In this document: positions 39,017-55,358 of the stretch, piece after piece
How the letters are laid out: every line of letters starts with the position of its first letter
How positions within the stretch are numbered: position 1 is the stretch's first letter
Translations under genes and position numbers: made by a program
From: the human T2T-CHM13v2.0 reference genome, Homo sapiens
Direction: 5' to 3' (one strand)
Assembly: GCF_009914755.1 (NCBI RefSeq)
Contig: NC_060938.1
Length of the DNA: 64,000 bases
Notes under the pieces: generated by a model
Told to the model about the DNA's origin: nothing
What the model saw: the letters and a program-made list of their open reading frames with translations, nothing else
Databases searched by the model: none

Positions 39017-42000
39017 TAAAGAGAATATGTCTTCCAATTTCATGGCTTTCAGTTTGAACCTTCTGTCCTAGTATTTTTGTAATAAATAGATCGCTGGAGA
39101 TAAAGTTGCTAGACAAACTTTTAAAATTGGTATGTGCATTTTTAATTTTGATAAATATCATATTGCCTTTTAAAATGATGTAACAAGTTTGCTTTCATCG
39201 TGATGAATAAGGGCTCGTTTTTTTTACACCATGGCCAACATTGGAGGTTTTTTGTCTTTCATTCTTACCACATATATTAAATTTTGTTTTTCATTAATCA
39301 GGTTGTCTTAATTTGCTTCCCTGATATGCAGTGAAACTTTTTTAAAAATTGATTGAAGAATTCTTTATGTATTCAGACTGTTGCTGTTTTGGCATAAGCT
39401 GCATGTATTTTCTCCTTTTATCATTTGCTTTAACTTTCCTTATGTGCTATATTGTTATTATATAAAAGTTGGAATATTTTGATGTAAGTAAACCTGTTTT
39501 TATGGCTTTTGCGTTCCGTGTCTTGCTTGACTAAGGCTCTGAAAATGTTTTTTATTTTCTTTCAGTGCCTTTATGCTTTTTAAATATTTCTGAAATAGCA
39601 TCTGGGTTTTAGATTTTACTATGGACAGTCAAAGCCATTTGAGTATTTCATAGTTGTCTTCACTGATTTAAAATGGTTATCAGTATATGTCCAAAGATGA
39701 TCATGCTTTGCCTATTTGAATGTATGACCATTAAACTCCAGTTAACAAATCATAGGAACTTGCACTATTTGCATTAGGTATCTTTTTTTTTTTTTTTTGA
39801 GACTGAGTCCTGTTCTGTTGCCCAGGCTGGAGTGCTGGGATCTCGGCTCACTGCAAGTTCCACCTCCCGGGTTCACGCCATTCTCCTGCCTCAGCCTCAC
39901 AAGTAGCTATGACTACAGGCAACTGCCACCACGCCCGGCTAATTTTTTTTTTTTTGTTATGTTTAGTAGAGACGGGGTTTCACTGTGTCAGCCAGGGTGG
40001 TCTCGATCTCCTGACGTCGTGATCCGCCCGCCTTGGCCTCCCAAAGTGCTGGGATTGCAGGCGTGTGCCACCACGCCCAGCCTATTTGCATTAGATTTCT
40101 AACTACTGTACCAAGGTGGTTCTTGATAGTTGAGATTGTATATATTAGTTAAGTCGAATGTCTAACCTTTTGAAACAAATATCCCGCCAAAATAAATAGC
40201 CAACAGTCAACAAAAATGTCACTATTCTTTCTAAGTTCCTAAATATTTATCCTAATTAGAGTCATCTTGACAGCCCTGCATGGGGAAAGGAAAGACCTGT
40301 TTCTCAGCTTTGGTCTAAAAACTTTCGTATTTGGAAACTGCTCTTTAGTGTTATGTGTTGTAGTTGTAAAATTCCTAGTTTGTTATCCAAAGTAATGAAG
40401 AGATACAATAAATTCTAAGGTAAATCTGCAGAGATGCAACTTACCAAGAATAATATAACTAGTGGCAGAATTGAAACCAGAGTAATACGACGAGTAGCAG
40501 AAGTGAAATCAGGCCTGCTTTCTCCCTTTTTTATCAGATTGTTTTTGAGTTGAGACCAGACTTTGTAGTCTGTCCTGAATGCTGTTACCAGAAGTCACAG
40601 TTTTTTTAGTATACAGTTATATTTTAGGAAGACATACTTAGTAGTAATATGCATGGTGGAACCATGTGACAAAGGAGTGGAAGGAAAGGAGTTGGGACCA
40701 AGATTGCCAAGAATCAGAACTAGAATAGTTGAAAACGAATTGTTATATAGAATGTTAAAATTAAAACAATTAAAAGGCATGTATTCTATGTGAACTTTGC
40801 CTTGATGAAAATAATTTAAATATTATAAAGAAAACTCCTCGTATTCTAAGGAGAGAAGAGTTCTGAAAATTCTTTATACATTACCTTGAACCTGTAAGAA
40901 AAGGTGTGTTTGTAGGGGAGGAGTGTTTGGCTGTCTTTTTGTGGTTTTGAGAGGGGGCAGAATTCATATATGTACTATTAGATGTAGGTATGTATTTATG
41001 TGTAACTCTGATCCAGAAAGGATGAAGACTTTTAAGAATGCTTTAGTCATAATATTAAAAACTGGCAAGATGTTTGCATTAGATGTGGATGAAAAGGAAG
41101 AATAAGGATAGATACACAATGGAGCAAAATATTAGGCTACTAAAAATAGTTCTTAAGGAAATACAGTAACTTTTGTATTTTTATAGAGTAGAGAGCTTGC
41201 TAGATGGCTGCCAGTTGCACTCTAAGAATTCAGGCAGTACCCTGAAGGTAAATATTAATTATGTTGGTGAGACGAAAATGGACCAGTTGCTCAAGCAAAG
41301 CACAGTGTTCTTCATATTAAAAACCAGGAAGACATTTTAAGGAATCACAAATACTGCAGCTATATGTCTGGTTTGTATTTTTCCTTTTTGTGTTACGTAA
41401 ATTGTAGAAGTTTATTTTTCAAAGTAGAATAGTGTCTGAAGAAAATTAAATACTGGTAAAAATGTTTCTAGAATGGGCAGATGTCTAGTGCATTCAAGAA
41501 TGGGAGGAGGAACTTTGCATTCTTGGGATTGGTAGCTGTCTGGTGTATGGTTCCAGGAGAGTGTCAGTGCATATGTAAGGCAGAAGAATCCTTAATCTTT
41601 GGAGGTTTATGTTCCAAATTGCCCAATATTGGAGTATATAGTTTTGTTAGAAGGAGAACAGCAACAAAAAGATTCCTTAAATTGTTTTATCACTCTACTT
41701 AATTTCTAATGTTAAATGGAAAATCTTCACTTCCATTTAAAGTGTTACAATATTTAATGTTTCTACTTTGGACGTTTGAAACATCTGGGAGCCTGGAATT
41801 CTTAGTCTAGCTCCTTAAGCTCATGCTGAGCCATTTTTATTGGAGACACAAGTATCTTGTAAATTTCAGAGTATGCATTTGTTTCTTTTTATTTGGTAGG
41901 TCTATGTTAACGTAGTTTTTCCTTTTCTTTCTTTCTTTCCTTCCCTTTCCTTCCCCTCCCTCCCTCATTCTCTCCCTCTCTTTCTTCCTTCCTCCCTCCC

Positions 42001-42929
42001 TCCCTCCCTCCTGGGCTCCTATCTCAAACTCCTGGGCTCAAGCCATCCTCCTGCCTCAGCCTCCTGAGTAGCTAGGACTACGGGCATGTGCCACCAAGCC
42101 CAGCTAATTTTTATTTTTCATAGAGATGGGTGTCTTGCTGTGTTGCCCAGGCTGGTCTCAAATTCCTGACCTCAAGTGATTTTCCCCTGCTGTGCCTCCC
42201 TAAGCATTGGGATTATATGCATGAGCCATGGTGCCTGGCTCATATATATTCTTTCTTGAATTAGATGGAACACATGTGGTTTTATCTTGACAGAAAGTAA
42301 TACTGAGGCTAGATGATGTGCCTACATTTGGAATAAAGTAAATAAAAATTTCCAGCTTGCGTCTGATTTATTTCCCCATCAAAATGTTAGTGTAATCAAT
42401 ATTTTTTCAAATTAGGCTGAACAAGTCTTGTGCGCGTTTAGAAATCAGGGCCTGTATTCTAATGTTCTAGTGAGAAAGTTAAAGTAGACAGGAGCTTTCC
42501 AAGCATTGTTTATTGTGACAATGAAAGCCTAAAGATTTGAGTAAGAAAAAAATGGGAAGATTTAGGAATCTTACAGTGGATACTCTTTGTTTTTTTAATG
42601 ATCCAAACTGAACTGGTAATGAATTTAATTCCTTGAGAATGGAAAAGAATGCAGAGAAACATATTACTCGCACAAAACAAAAATAGAAGTTTATTGCTTG
42701 AAGCTACAAAAGTATAATTTCAGCTTATACTTGACTTAAAAGCTCTCCTTGCTTGAACCAGATCTAGCCTAGACAAAATAAAGTTTTTACACTTTTTCTG
42801 GCTTTACTTGCGTTAAAGTCATTTATAAAAGCATTCATAATCCCAGGATAATTGTGAAGGACTGTAGTTTATTCAGAAAAACTCATGAAGCAATGAATAA
42901 CACAAGATAATACAATTACGTTAGGATAT

Positions 42930-43180
42930 GTGGTAAGCGTACTTTGTATTGTGCACTTGAAAATTTAAGAGTAGATCTCAGGTTGCGTGCTCTTATGGCA
43001 GAAAACCAGAGGGGTACACAGGGAAACTTTTGGAGGTAATGGATGCGTTTATTACCTTGATTATGCTAATGGAACTACAAGTGTATGCATATGTCCAAAC
43101 TCACCAAATTATATACATTAATTACGTTCAGTAGTTTTGGTATGTCAGTGATATCTCAATAAAACTGGGGGAAAAAAAAA
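42930..43180 (+). mobile_element. Old L1 3' terminus, sense to PAPOLA
   Basis: ggaaacttttggaggtaatgga...aaactcaccaaatt...tctcaataaaa followed by an A-run. Confidence 0.6.
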
Positions 43181-43957
43181 CCTGTGTGTGATGAACAAGA
43201 CATTATGAATTCAGTTACATTTCATGTGTATATTTTAACCTTAGGAGATGCTACATATGATTGGAAAACAGAACATTTTTATTTTGTCTTCAGCAAATGC
43301 TTTTTTTTTTTTTTTTTTTTCCTGAGATGGAGTTTTGCTCTGTTGCCCAGGCTGGAGTGCAGTGGCACGATCTTGGCTTACCGCAACCTCCACTTCCTGG
43401 GTTAGAGCGATGCTCCTGCCTCAGCCTACTGAGTAGCTGAGATTATAGCATGCCACCACACCTGGCTAATTTTTGTATTTTTATTAGAAATGGGTTTACG
43501 CCTTCTTGGCTGGGCTGGTCTTTGAACTCCTGGCCTCAAATCATCTGCCCTCCTCGGCCCCCCAAAATTTGCTGGGATTACAAGTGTGAGACACCATGCT
43601 TGGGCCAGTCTTCAGCAAATGCTTAATGCTGATGGGGATTAACATAGCTTTTGAGTAGCTATGCAACTTAGATTAAAGGGGCAGGAGGAAACGATCTAAT
43701 GTGAATTAATTTCTGCAAGAGATAAATCTGATTCATATTTATTCAGTAAATGTTATTATAAAATCTGAATTAAAATTAAGACAGTATGTAACTAGACCAG
43801 GCAACAGTAAATAGATGACACGCAGTCCAGCAGCTAATTAGTAACACGCAGTATGGGCTTCTTGGCATTCTTAGATCTTTCTTGATATCACAAGACAAAT
43901 TACAGAACAGTCTAGCCGTTGGAGTATAGACCAGAACCCAGTGGATTTGTTCAGTAA

Positions 43958-44298
<341 letters not shown>

Positions 44299-44351
44299 TT
44301 TATTGCATATGTAGATTATCACACTTTAACTTAAAGTAGAAATTGTATTTA

Positions 44352-44801
<450 letters not shown>

Positions 44802-45600
44802 TTACAGGGGTGAGCCCACACCTGGCCTATAAACACTTAATTTCTTAAGGAATGGAATTTGGGAGAAATAACCGATCCAGATTTTGGGTCTTTCCTTATT
44901 GTGTACTTGGTTTTGTATGTTATTCAACTGTTAGTTTAAAATTATTATGTTGACTTCTTAATTTAATGAAAAAATATTTATGAAAAAAGATTGAGTCAGA
45001 TTTATTTCCTAAGCATTTAAAGCATGCTATGCCTTTTTACAAATTTGGAACTTATCTTAAAATGGATAAAATAGCTGTGTGTGTGTAAAATAAACCTTTT
45101 AGACTAGCATCATTATCGAAGTGTAAATCTCTTAAAAAGATCATTAACAAGCTTAAGGTATATTCACCCTAAGGGAAAGAACTATATTCAGTTCTTTCCC
45201 TTCAAATTTTGTTTAAGTTTTTGCTATTTGCTTCATTATCTATGAACTTCGTTCATTGTAAGCCAGATGCCAGGTTTCATTTGGGGAATGTCTTATATTG
45301 GTAAAGTAGCATTTCTGTAGCGTGTTTATCAATGTTTAAGAAACAGATTTTGGCTTCTTTTCAAGAGGTGAAATTTCTCAGAAGTTTACTATATTCTGAA
45401 TTAGTGTTTTCTCTAGCAATGTATTTGGTCTGGATTCTAACTTAGATGTTTAAGTAGTGACAGTTAAAATCCTTGGGGCAGGATTTTCTCTTTGGTCACT
45501 TGCTTTTGGTCACTTTTTGTCAAAAATTTTGGGGGTATTGCAGGGAACCAATCATGTTTAGAAATGTGTGTTACTAAATTAGTTTTTCTGGTCTTACTGA

Positions 45601-45831
<231 letters not shown>

Positions 45832-45975
45832 TAAATAGATATTCTATATTTTTTTAACTCGGAAACTTTTATTAATGTTGACATAAACTAATTTTGAGGC
45901 ATTCTCTACTTACTTAGAAGACCAGGGTTATTTGCCCAGATCTATATATCTGTTTTGGAGAAGAGGGATACTTAA

Positions 45976-46261
<286 letters not shown>

Positions 46262-46418
46262 GAAAACTTTTATTTTCTACATAGAGTTCTCTTCCCTTAA
46301 TTTTGATGTTATTTATTTTTTTTTCTGAAGAATTAATTTTGATTTTTTATGCTTTTGGTTATTATAGTACTGAATTGTCTGGAGAAAAAGGAATGCCTTA
46401 CTCAGTGTAACAGTGCCT

Positions 46419-46475
46419 GTATATATATATAGAAAGAGAGAGAGAGAGAAAGCGAGAGAGAGAGCGAGCGAGCGT
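46419..46475. repeat. Compound (TA)n(GA)n(GAGC)n microsatellite
   Basis: Read directly, about 130 nt upstream of PAPOLA exon 3. Confidence 0.85.
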
Positions 46476-46607
46476 GCACTAACTACAATATACTGTGCTT
46501 CTGATTGCTTAAAAACTCATAATTTAGGAAGAACGCCTATTTAAAACTTTAAGAAATTTAATCAGTAATGATCTGGAATACTTGATTGATAATTGTTTTA
46601 TCAACAG

Positions 46608-46674
46608 GATTTTAATTTTGGGAAAACTAAATAACCTGGTAAAAGAGTGGATACGAGAAATCAGTGAAAGCAAG
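46608..46674 (+). CDS. PAPOLA: Poly(A) polymerase alpha, exon 3
   Basis: AG/GTAAGG; 67 nt; (R)ILILGKLNNLVKEWIREISESK. Confidence 0.96.
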
Positions 46675-47074
46675 GTAAGGCAACTTTTTTGTATATGAAA
46701 TAATTTCATATATAGCCAACTGAACACAGCAAGTGTCTTATATAACCTGTTCTTATTTGAGTGGATTTGGAGTCTTTAATGTGGAGTCAATTTTAGACTA
46801 TTGATAACAGATTTTACATTATTTTTCTAGTTAATTTGGAAGCAGGAAAAACTGAACTGAGTTAAGCGATTTTTAAAAATAAGTATAGTACTCTTTGTTT
46901 GGAACATTTGAAAACTGAAACTCAGTAATTGTAAAGTACTTACACTCTTCACAGAAATAATGGATGTTTCTCTAAAAAGGTGCTTTAAACATATTTGAGA
47001 CTCTTCTTACCTTTTAAGAAATTCTGCCACAGTTAGTTTTTAAAAAAGATTTTCAGGTATTATTCAAACTGAAT

Positions 47075-48305
47075 ATTTATTTATTTATTTATTTTTTATT
47101 TATTTTTTTTGAGACAGGGTCTCGCTCTGTCATTCAGGCGGAGTGTAGTGACACCATTATAGTGCACTGTAACCTGAAATTCCTGAGTTCAAGCAGTCCT
47201 CCTGGCCTCAGCCTCCCAAGTAGCTAGGACTATAGGCATGTCCCTTCACACCTGGCTAATGGTATATGTGGAGTCTTGCTGTGTTGCCCAGACTGATCTC
47301 AAACTCCTAGCCTCAAGCAGTCCTCTCATCTTGGCCTCCCAAAGTGCTAGTGTTCCAGGCGTGAGCCGCTGCCCGGCCTATTTAGTTTTCTGTAATAACA
47401 TTCTTTGGGTTTCCTTTTTTCTTTCTTTATTGAGACAGAGTCTCACTCTGTCACCCAGGCTAGAGTGCAGTGGTGCCACTGCAACCACCACCTCCCGGGT
47501 TCAAGTGATTCTCATGCCTCAGCCTCCTGAGTAGCTGGAATTGCAGGCGGGCGCCACCATGCCCAACTATTGTTTTTATTTTTAGTAGAGATGGGGTTTC
47601 TCCATGTTGGCCACGCTGGTCTTGAGCTCCTGACCTCAAGTGATCCACCTTCCTTGGCCTCCCAAAGTGCTTGGGATTATAGGCATGAGCCACTGCATCT
47701 AGCCTCTTTCTTTCTTTCTTTTTTTTTTTTTTTTTTTTTTTTTGAGACAGTCTTGCTCAGTTGCCCAGGCTGAAGTACAGTGGCACCATCTTGGTTCGCT
47801 GCAACCTGTGCCTCCTGCGGCCAACTGATTCTCCTGCCTCAGCCCCTCAAGTAGCTGGGATTACAGGTGTGTGCCACCATACCCAGCTAATTTTGTATTT
47901 TAGTAGAGATGGGCTTTTGCCACGTTGACCAGCTGGTCTCAAACTTTTGGTCTCAAGTGATCTGCCCACCTCGGCCTTTCAAAGTGCTGGGATTACAGGC
48001 GTGAGGTACTGTTCTGTCCTCTTTTTTTTTTTGAGACAGGGTCTCCCTCTTGCCCAGACTGGAGTGCAGTGGCATGATCTTAGCTAACTGTATCCTCCAC
48101 CTCCCGGGCTCAGGCAATCCTCCCACCCCAGCCTCCTGAGTAGCTGGGACTATATAGGTGGGCACCACCAAGCCTGGCTAATTTTTTGTAGCGATGGCTT
48201 TTCACCATGTTGCCTAGGCTAGTCTCGAACTCCTGGGCTTAAGATATCTGCTTGCCTTGGCTTCCCAAAGTGCCAGGATTACAGGGGTGAGCCACTGCCC
48301 CAGCC
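47075..48305 (-). mobile_element. Four tandem antisense Alus in PAPOLA intron 3
   Basis: Units at about 47075, 47415, 47707 and 48021. Confidence 0.88.
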
Positions 48306-50860
48306 CCTTTGAGTTTCTAACACTTCATTATGAATACTCATACATACAACTCATAAATACATGGCTGGGCTTCTTCTGGTAGAGAAAATGTATTTGTAGA
48401 GTTGTGTGTGGAGTTCATTTGACCCATTTAAAAAAATAACATAAATAGTGGTAATTTTTCCAGGGTAGTACAAAATCCGTGTTTAATCTATAATATAACT
48501 GAAAGGTTGAAAAGAGAACCAAGGGTAAAGGAAAAATTTCATAGAGCAGGGAGACAGGGTGTCAACTTAAAAGTTGTAGTCTTTTGGTTTTAATGAAATT
48601 TATAGTACTGTTTACTTATGCAGTGTATATGTATATTTCAAAATACAAATTAAACTTCAGCAAATGTAGTATTCTAAATTATGGACTTTACGTACCATGT
48701 GTTTCTTACTGATTTTAGTTTCTGATAGAAAATAAGATTTTTTTTTTGGTTTGTTTGACATCTAATACTCTTCACTTAAAAATGAAAAAAAGATTTTGCA
48801 AGTGAAAATGTTTTTCCATGACCTGAATTAAGAAATCTTAATTTCTGGGTTACAATGATGATAATAAGTATAAACATACTAATATCTAAAAATGTAGTTT
48901 ATAATATACTAGTCACTAGTCACCAGCCAGGTATTTAAATAAAAATTAAAATTAAACATTCAGATTCTTGACTACACTAGCAACATTTCAGGTGCTCAAC
49001 AAAAGTGATAACAGTGACAGAATATTTACATCCTTGCAGAAAGTACCATTGGAGAGTATTCTTCAAAAGATTGTTATGTCTTAATAGAGAAGTCTGTGGA
49101 CCAGTGTTTTAAGATAGTTTCTCCTTCACCTCCTTTGTAGGCTACTTGTGCACACGTCTTGCTGGCTAATTTTAAATAACCAGGTCAGCGTTGCCATTGA
49201 GGTTTTAAAATATCTAAACATAGGAAGACAAAGGCTTTGCTTACTTTTAAGAAATACAACATTACAGCCAGGCGCAGTGGCTTACGCCTGTAATCCAACA
49301 CTTTGGGAGGCCAAGGTGGGCTTATCACGAGGTCAAGAGTTCGAGACAAGCCTGACTAACATGGTGAAACCCTGTCTCTACTAAAAATACAAAAATTAGC
49401 TGGGCGTGGTAGTGCGCGCCTGTAATCCCAGCTACTCAGGAGGCTGAGGCAGGATAATGGCTTGAACCGAGGAGGCAGAGGTTGCAGTAAGCCGAGATTG
49501 CGCCCGTTGCACTGCAGCCTGGGTGACAGAGCGAGACTCTGTCTCAGAAAAAAAAAAAAAAAAATTACACACATAACTTGTCTATTAGTGTCTATAGTGA
49601 TGGTTAAATATGCTCTTAAAAAACAGGAGTCTCTGACTGTTTAGAACTTGGCTTTAGGGTTTTTTTGGAGTATGAAATAACACTTCATTTTATGTCCTTT
49701 TTCTTTTTTTTGAGAGGAAGGGGGGTGGTCTTTTACATGTTTTGGTACTGAATAGATATTTTATTATACTGAGGAGTTAGGTAAAAGGAAATATTGACTA
49801 AACACTTCATAAAATTGTTTTTGTTTGGACAGACCTTGTCATTCTTACGAGCAGGGCCATTGAATACTAAACCGTAAAGCTTGGGACTTTACACTAGTGC
49901 CAGGGCCAGGAAGGCAGTTTTTGAATGCTTTCTCCCTCTTCCTGATGATGCTACTCTTTCTGAGTAAGAAAAGAAAATTTAGTTGTTTCTAAATTACTTC
50001 ACTAAAGCCTTTTGGAAATCTAAAAAACTAAGCAATTATTTACCAATATTGGCTTTTTCTTCTCTGCTCTGCTGTCCCTTTCCCCTTCCCGTTCCCCTTC
50101 CCCTTCCCTTCTTCCCCTCTTCCCCTTCCCCTTCTCTTTTTTTGAGACAGGGTCTGACTGTCGCCCAGGCTAGAGTGCAGTGGCGTGATCATGGCTCACG
50201 TAGCCTTGACCTGTAGGACTCAAGCAATCCTCCCACCTTAGCCACCTGATTAGCTGGGACTATATGTGCATGCCACCATGCCCAGCTAATTTTTAAAACA
50301 TTTTTTGTAGAGACGGGGTTTCACATGTTGCCGAAGCTGGTCTCAATCTGGGCTCAAGCAATTGGCCCGTCTCACCCTCCCAAAGTGTTGGGATTATAGG
50401 CGTGAGCCACTGTGTGTGGCTACTATTGGCTTTCAAGTCACTTTTGATATGATAAAAAAAATACTCTAATATGTTGTGGGATATTTGGTAAAAATCGTTG
50501 AATATAATCTTTTTCTTTAAAGCAATCAGAATATGTTTTTATTATACTCTAAATTGGTGATTCATTTTATATACAGCATCTTTGTCATGAATAAAGTCCC
50601 CGATTCTAACGTGCTCCTGTGGGATTACATGATCTTCTCAATCACAGTCTTCTTTATAGTAGTTTCTAGAAATAGGGCAAGAATCTAACAATAAAGAATA
50701 AACCTCTTTAAAAGTTGAAAATGGTTTGAATTTCAAATATGATTGATCTGAGGGGCTGGTATTTTTTAAGAACTTTTATAGACTTTGAATACCCTTTATA
50801 TAAATTTACACTGTAATCTTTCTTGGATCCACTCCCTCACCCCAGTATAGTATCATTTGA

Positions 50861-51037
<177 letters not shown>

Positions 51038-53021
51038 TAAAAATTATGACATACCCGTCTCAGTTACTTGTGTATCATATAGCTTAGGCTTGCATGGAAG
51101 AGAGAGTGCTTTGAGGAGTCTAAATTTTTCAGTAAGAAAGATGTAAAATAATGCTGACTTCTATATCGCCACTGTCCAAAAGTATTATTAAGATTAAATG
51201 AAATTAGCTTAGTGTGGTGACTCATATCTGTAATCCTAGAACTTTGGGAGGCCGAGGCAGGTGGATTGCTTGAGCCCAGGGAGGTCAAGGCTGCAGTGAG
51301 CTGTGATTGCATTGCTACACTTCAGCCTGGGTGACAGAACAAGACCCCGTCTCAAGAAAAAGTAAATAAATAAATTAAAAACTCAGAGTTTCAGTAGAGG
51401 TAGCCACATTTTATCTGTTCAGTAGCCACATATGGCTAGTCGTTACTGCATTGGAAAGTACAGATACAGAGTAGTTTTTCTGTTGGAGAGCTCTTTTGTA
51501 CAGTGCTGCTATCTACATATATATCATTTTCCCTCACCAGAAGAATATCACTCTGGAAATAGAACAAAAATGAATTCTAGCTTTTAAGAAAACTCATGGA
51601 TGCCCCCCGCTAATACCTTTATAGACAAATTATAAAATATAGCTAAGCAAAAGCAAACCCCAAAAATGTGTATTCATAGCCAATGATAATCAGTTAATAG
51701 TTTATACTTGTAGTTATTTCCTCTATGCAAATAAATACACAATAAAAATGTTACCTCGGCAAAGAACATTTATTGAGCTTCTTTTCTTTCACTGAGTACT
51801 GAGATCTTCATTATCTTATTTAGTTCTTCCAGTACTGTTATTCTCACATAACAAACAGGAGCCTGAGACTAAAAGAGGCAATAAAGCTTGAACAGTTTTT
51901 CTCAACCTTCTAGTGGCAGAGTAGGTACAACTCAGGCATCCCGAGGCTGTACTGTCTTTGGGTCTTGCTCTGTTGCACAGGCTGGATGCAGTGGCACAGT
52001 CTTGGCTTACTGCACCTTCCACCTCCTGGGCTCAATTGATTTTCAGGCCTCAGCCACCTGAGTAGCTGGGACTACAGGCACACGCCACCATGCCTGGCTA
52101 ATTTTTTAATTTTATTTTGGTAGAGACAGGGTTTTCCCGTGTTGTCCAGCTGGTCTCGAACTCCTGGGCTCAAGCCATCCACTTGCCTCGGCCTCCCAGA
52201 GTGCTGGGATTACAGGCATGAGCCACCACGCCCAGCTGAGGCTGTATTCTTTAACCATGAACTGTATCTGCCGAGATAGTGTTGTCTGTTTTCTAGTATC
52301 CTTTCCTCTCTCCATCTCCCATCACTCTGTCCCATTAGTACATTACTTTTGATATATCCTGTGTGCTGTACACCGTTCTTCCTGTTCTAATAAATAGCTT
52401 TCAGAGTCATACCTCAGCATCTTGTCTTTTAGGAAAATGACTGTTGACCTGATTCCACATTAATCTCTCCCTTTTATGACCCCAATTGATTTTAATTCTC
52501 CTTTTTAAAATTCTGCCTATGTACTTAGTGCTGGCCTCTTATCAAGCACTGAATTAATGACAAATATTTTACCATTGTCTACTTCTTTGGATTCTTCTGC
52601 TTGAAGTTTATTTTGTAGGTCCCATTTAGGGGCCTGGTAGAGAACCTATAAGCACCAAATACGTAGTACATAGAGGAAAACTATTTTTGTTTTACCAATG
52701 AACATGGCTATGACTAATGACATCAAGATGTTGGGTGTATGTTTGAATAATTCCCTCTCCACCATGAAAGTACTTGCTGAGCCATCTTTCTTTGGGCTCC
52801 CAGTTTACTTGGGCCACTATAAATAGAGGATGCTGCAGGATCAAAATATACCACATCAATTAAAATCATGTTTGTCCTCCATTGACTGGTAATTTTAAGT
52901 AAGGGGTGGAACATTTTTAGAAGCTCACCAGTATGTTAAACAGATTCTCAACATCAAATACTACCATGATAGGATGCAAAATAATTTTCTTGTAATATTA
53001 ATTAGTGGTTGATGGGCTTAA

Positions 53022-53159
<138 letters not shown>

Positions 53160-53554
53160 TGAAATGGGATGAGTTATGAACATTCATTTAGTCAGTTGAG
53201 TGAATTTTATGATATAGCCATCATTTATTGAGTTCTTGCAATTTGCCAAACCTTTCTAAACACTTGGCATATGTGTTTGTGTTTTATTCTTTACAGCAAG
53301 CCTAAAATTATAAACTCATTTACAGATTAGGAAATTGAGGCAAACAAAATAAATATGAAATAATCTGGCCACAATCATACATCTGATGAGTGGGTGAAGT
53401 AAAATATTTGAACCTTGATTTCTGATCTGTCTGATCGAACAGCCCAGTCTTAAAGCTAGCTATTTTTGTGTCAGGTGTTTTGCTAAAGTACTAAAACTAG
53501 TAGAGGCTTAAAATGTAGTTTCAGAGACCCTGAACTTGTTTACTTTCCTTATAG

Positions 53555-53608
53555 GCTGTTGAAGAGGCATTCGTACCAGTTATTAAACTCTGTTTTGATG
53601 GGATAGAG
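53555..53608 (+). CDS. PAPOLA: Poly(A) polymerase alpha, exon 6
   Basis: AG/GTAAGG; 54 nt; AVEEAFVPVIKLCFDGIE. Confidence 0.96.
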
Positions 53609-55217
53609 GTAAGGTATAGTTCAAATTGACAGTTCTTGCTATGTGCTGTCACTAATTTTGATTGATATAGGTTAAAAACTTGGTTTAAAGTTTATAATTA
53701 GTGAGTTGGTTGTGATATTAATAACAATTAAGGCTTTTAAATGGAAGTGACTGCCTATTCTTGTAGAATATACCATTTTAAATCTTTTTAAAAATACCAA
53801 GTGAAATTTGGAGCTAAAACAGAAGTAATGAAACCTTAAGATTGAAATGCTATTACAAAAAAGTTTTTTTGGTAGCTTTTCCATATGCCAGTTTTGTGTG
53901 CTTTTAGTCTCATTAAGGCAGTAGCATAATGTGTTTTTGCAAGTAATGCTTTGCTTTGACTTCATTTAAAAATTGGGAGAAAAGTGTGAGTGCTGAAATA
54001 TCTTCCGATAGGGGAGGATTTATGGACTCAAATTCTTGAGATGATGTTCATTTCTCCTTGCTGCTTTCGGTGTGTGTAATTAAAGTGATGAGAATAAAGT
54101 TGACAGTGAAGCAACTTTAGTAATTCATTACTTTTGCTGTACAGAATGGTACTGGAAAGTCACAGATAATAAAGTGAAGATTGTAACATTTTGGAAACTG
54201 TAAGAGAAATAATTTATTGAAGCTGGGCACAGTGATGTGCACCTATCAGGAAGCTGCTACAGGAGGATCTCTTGAGCCCAGGAGCTTAAATCTAGCCTGG
54301 CAATGTAGCGAGACTTAATCTCTTTAAAAAATAAAAAAGATAATTCACTGTTGTACTATTTTGCAAAAAAATGGCTGCATCTAAGGTTGCTGCATAAGAC
54401 GCTCAACTCTGTATTTTATGAAAAGTCAAGTGACTGACCTTAATAAGTAGACATAAAATGTTAAATTTGGTAAAGGATTATCAAGTTCATGTAGTTTTGA
54501 TTTACTGTCAGTGTTTTAAGTAAACGTAAAAATAATCTGTAATATAAAGTATAAGTTGAGGCCTCATTTTCCTAAAAAGAATATTACTGACAAAGAGGAC
54601 TTTTTTTTGGAAGGAGACCTGACCTAACTTTGTAAACTTTACAGGATCAAGATGGAAAGTTAGATGGCTACTTAAAACATTTAATGTGTTAATTTTCTAT
54701 TATACATGCTATATTAAAAAATAATATTTTAGGAACATAATATTTTAGGAAATTTAGTAATCATTTTCACATTTCAATATTTTTTGAAGTAATTCCATCC
54801 TTTAAAAAATGTGTCAGTATTATTACTGAGTTGCTTTTTCAGTTACCTAGTTTTATGAGCCTATAATCTTTATTTCTGTCCAAATTGGGGGAGACTTTGA
54901 AATCTGTTCTTTTTCATTGAACAGTTTATCCTAGACCACAAGTACTTATTTGTGTAACAGTACAATTTTTTTTCTGTAGGTATGTTTAAATGATATTTTA
55001 AAATGTGCTCCTAAAATACTGCTTTTTAAAAAGTGATCTAGTAGCCAGGCACGGTGGCTCATGCCTGTAATCCCAGCACTTTGGGAGGCCAAGGTAGGTG
55101 GATCACGAGGTCAGGAGATCAAGACCGTCCTGGCCAACACGTTGAAACCCTGTCTGTACTAAAAATAGAAAAAATTAGCCAGGCATGGTGGCGTGTGCCT
55201 GTAGTCCCAGCTACTTA

Positions 55218-55358
<141 letters not shown>

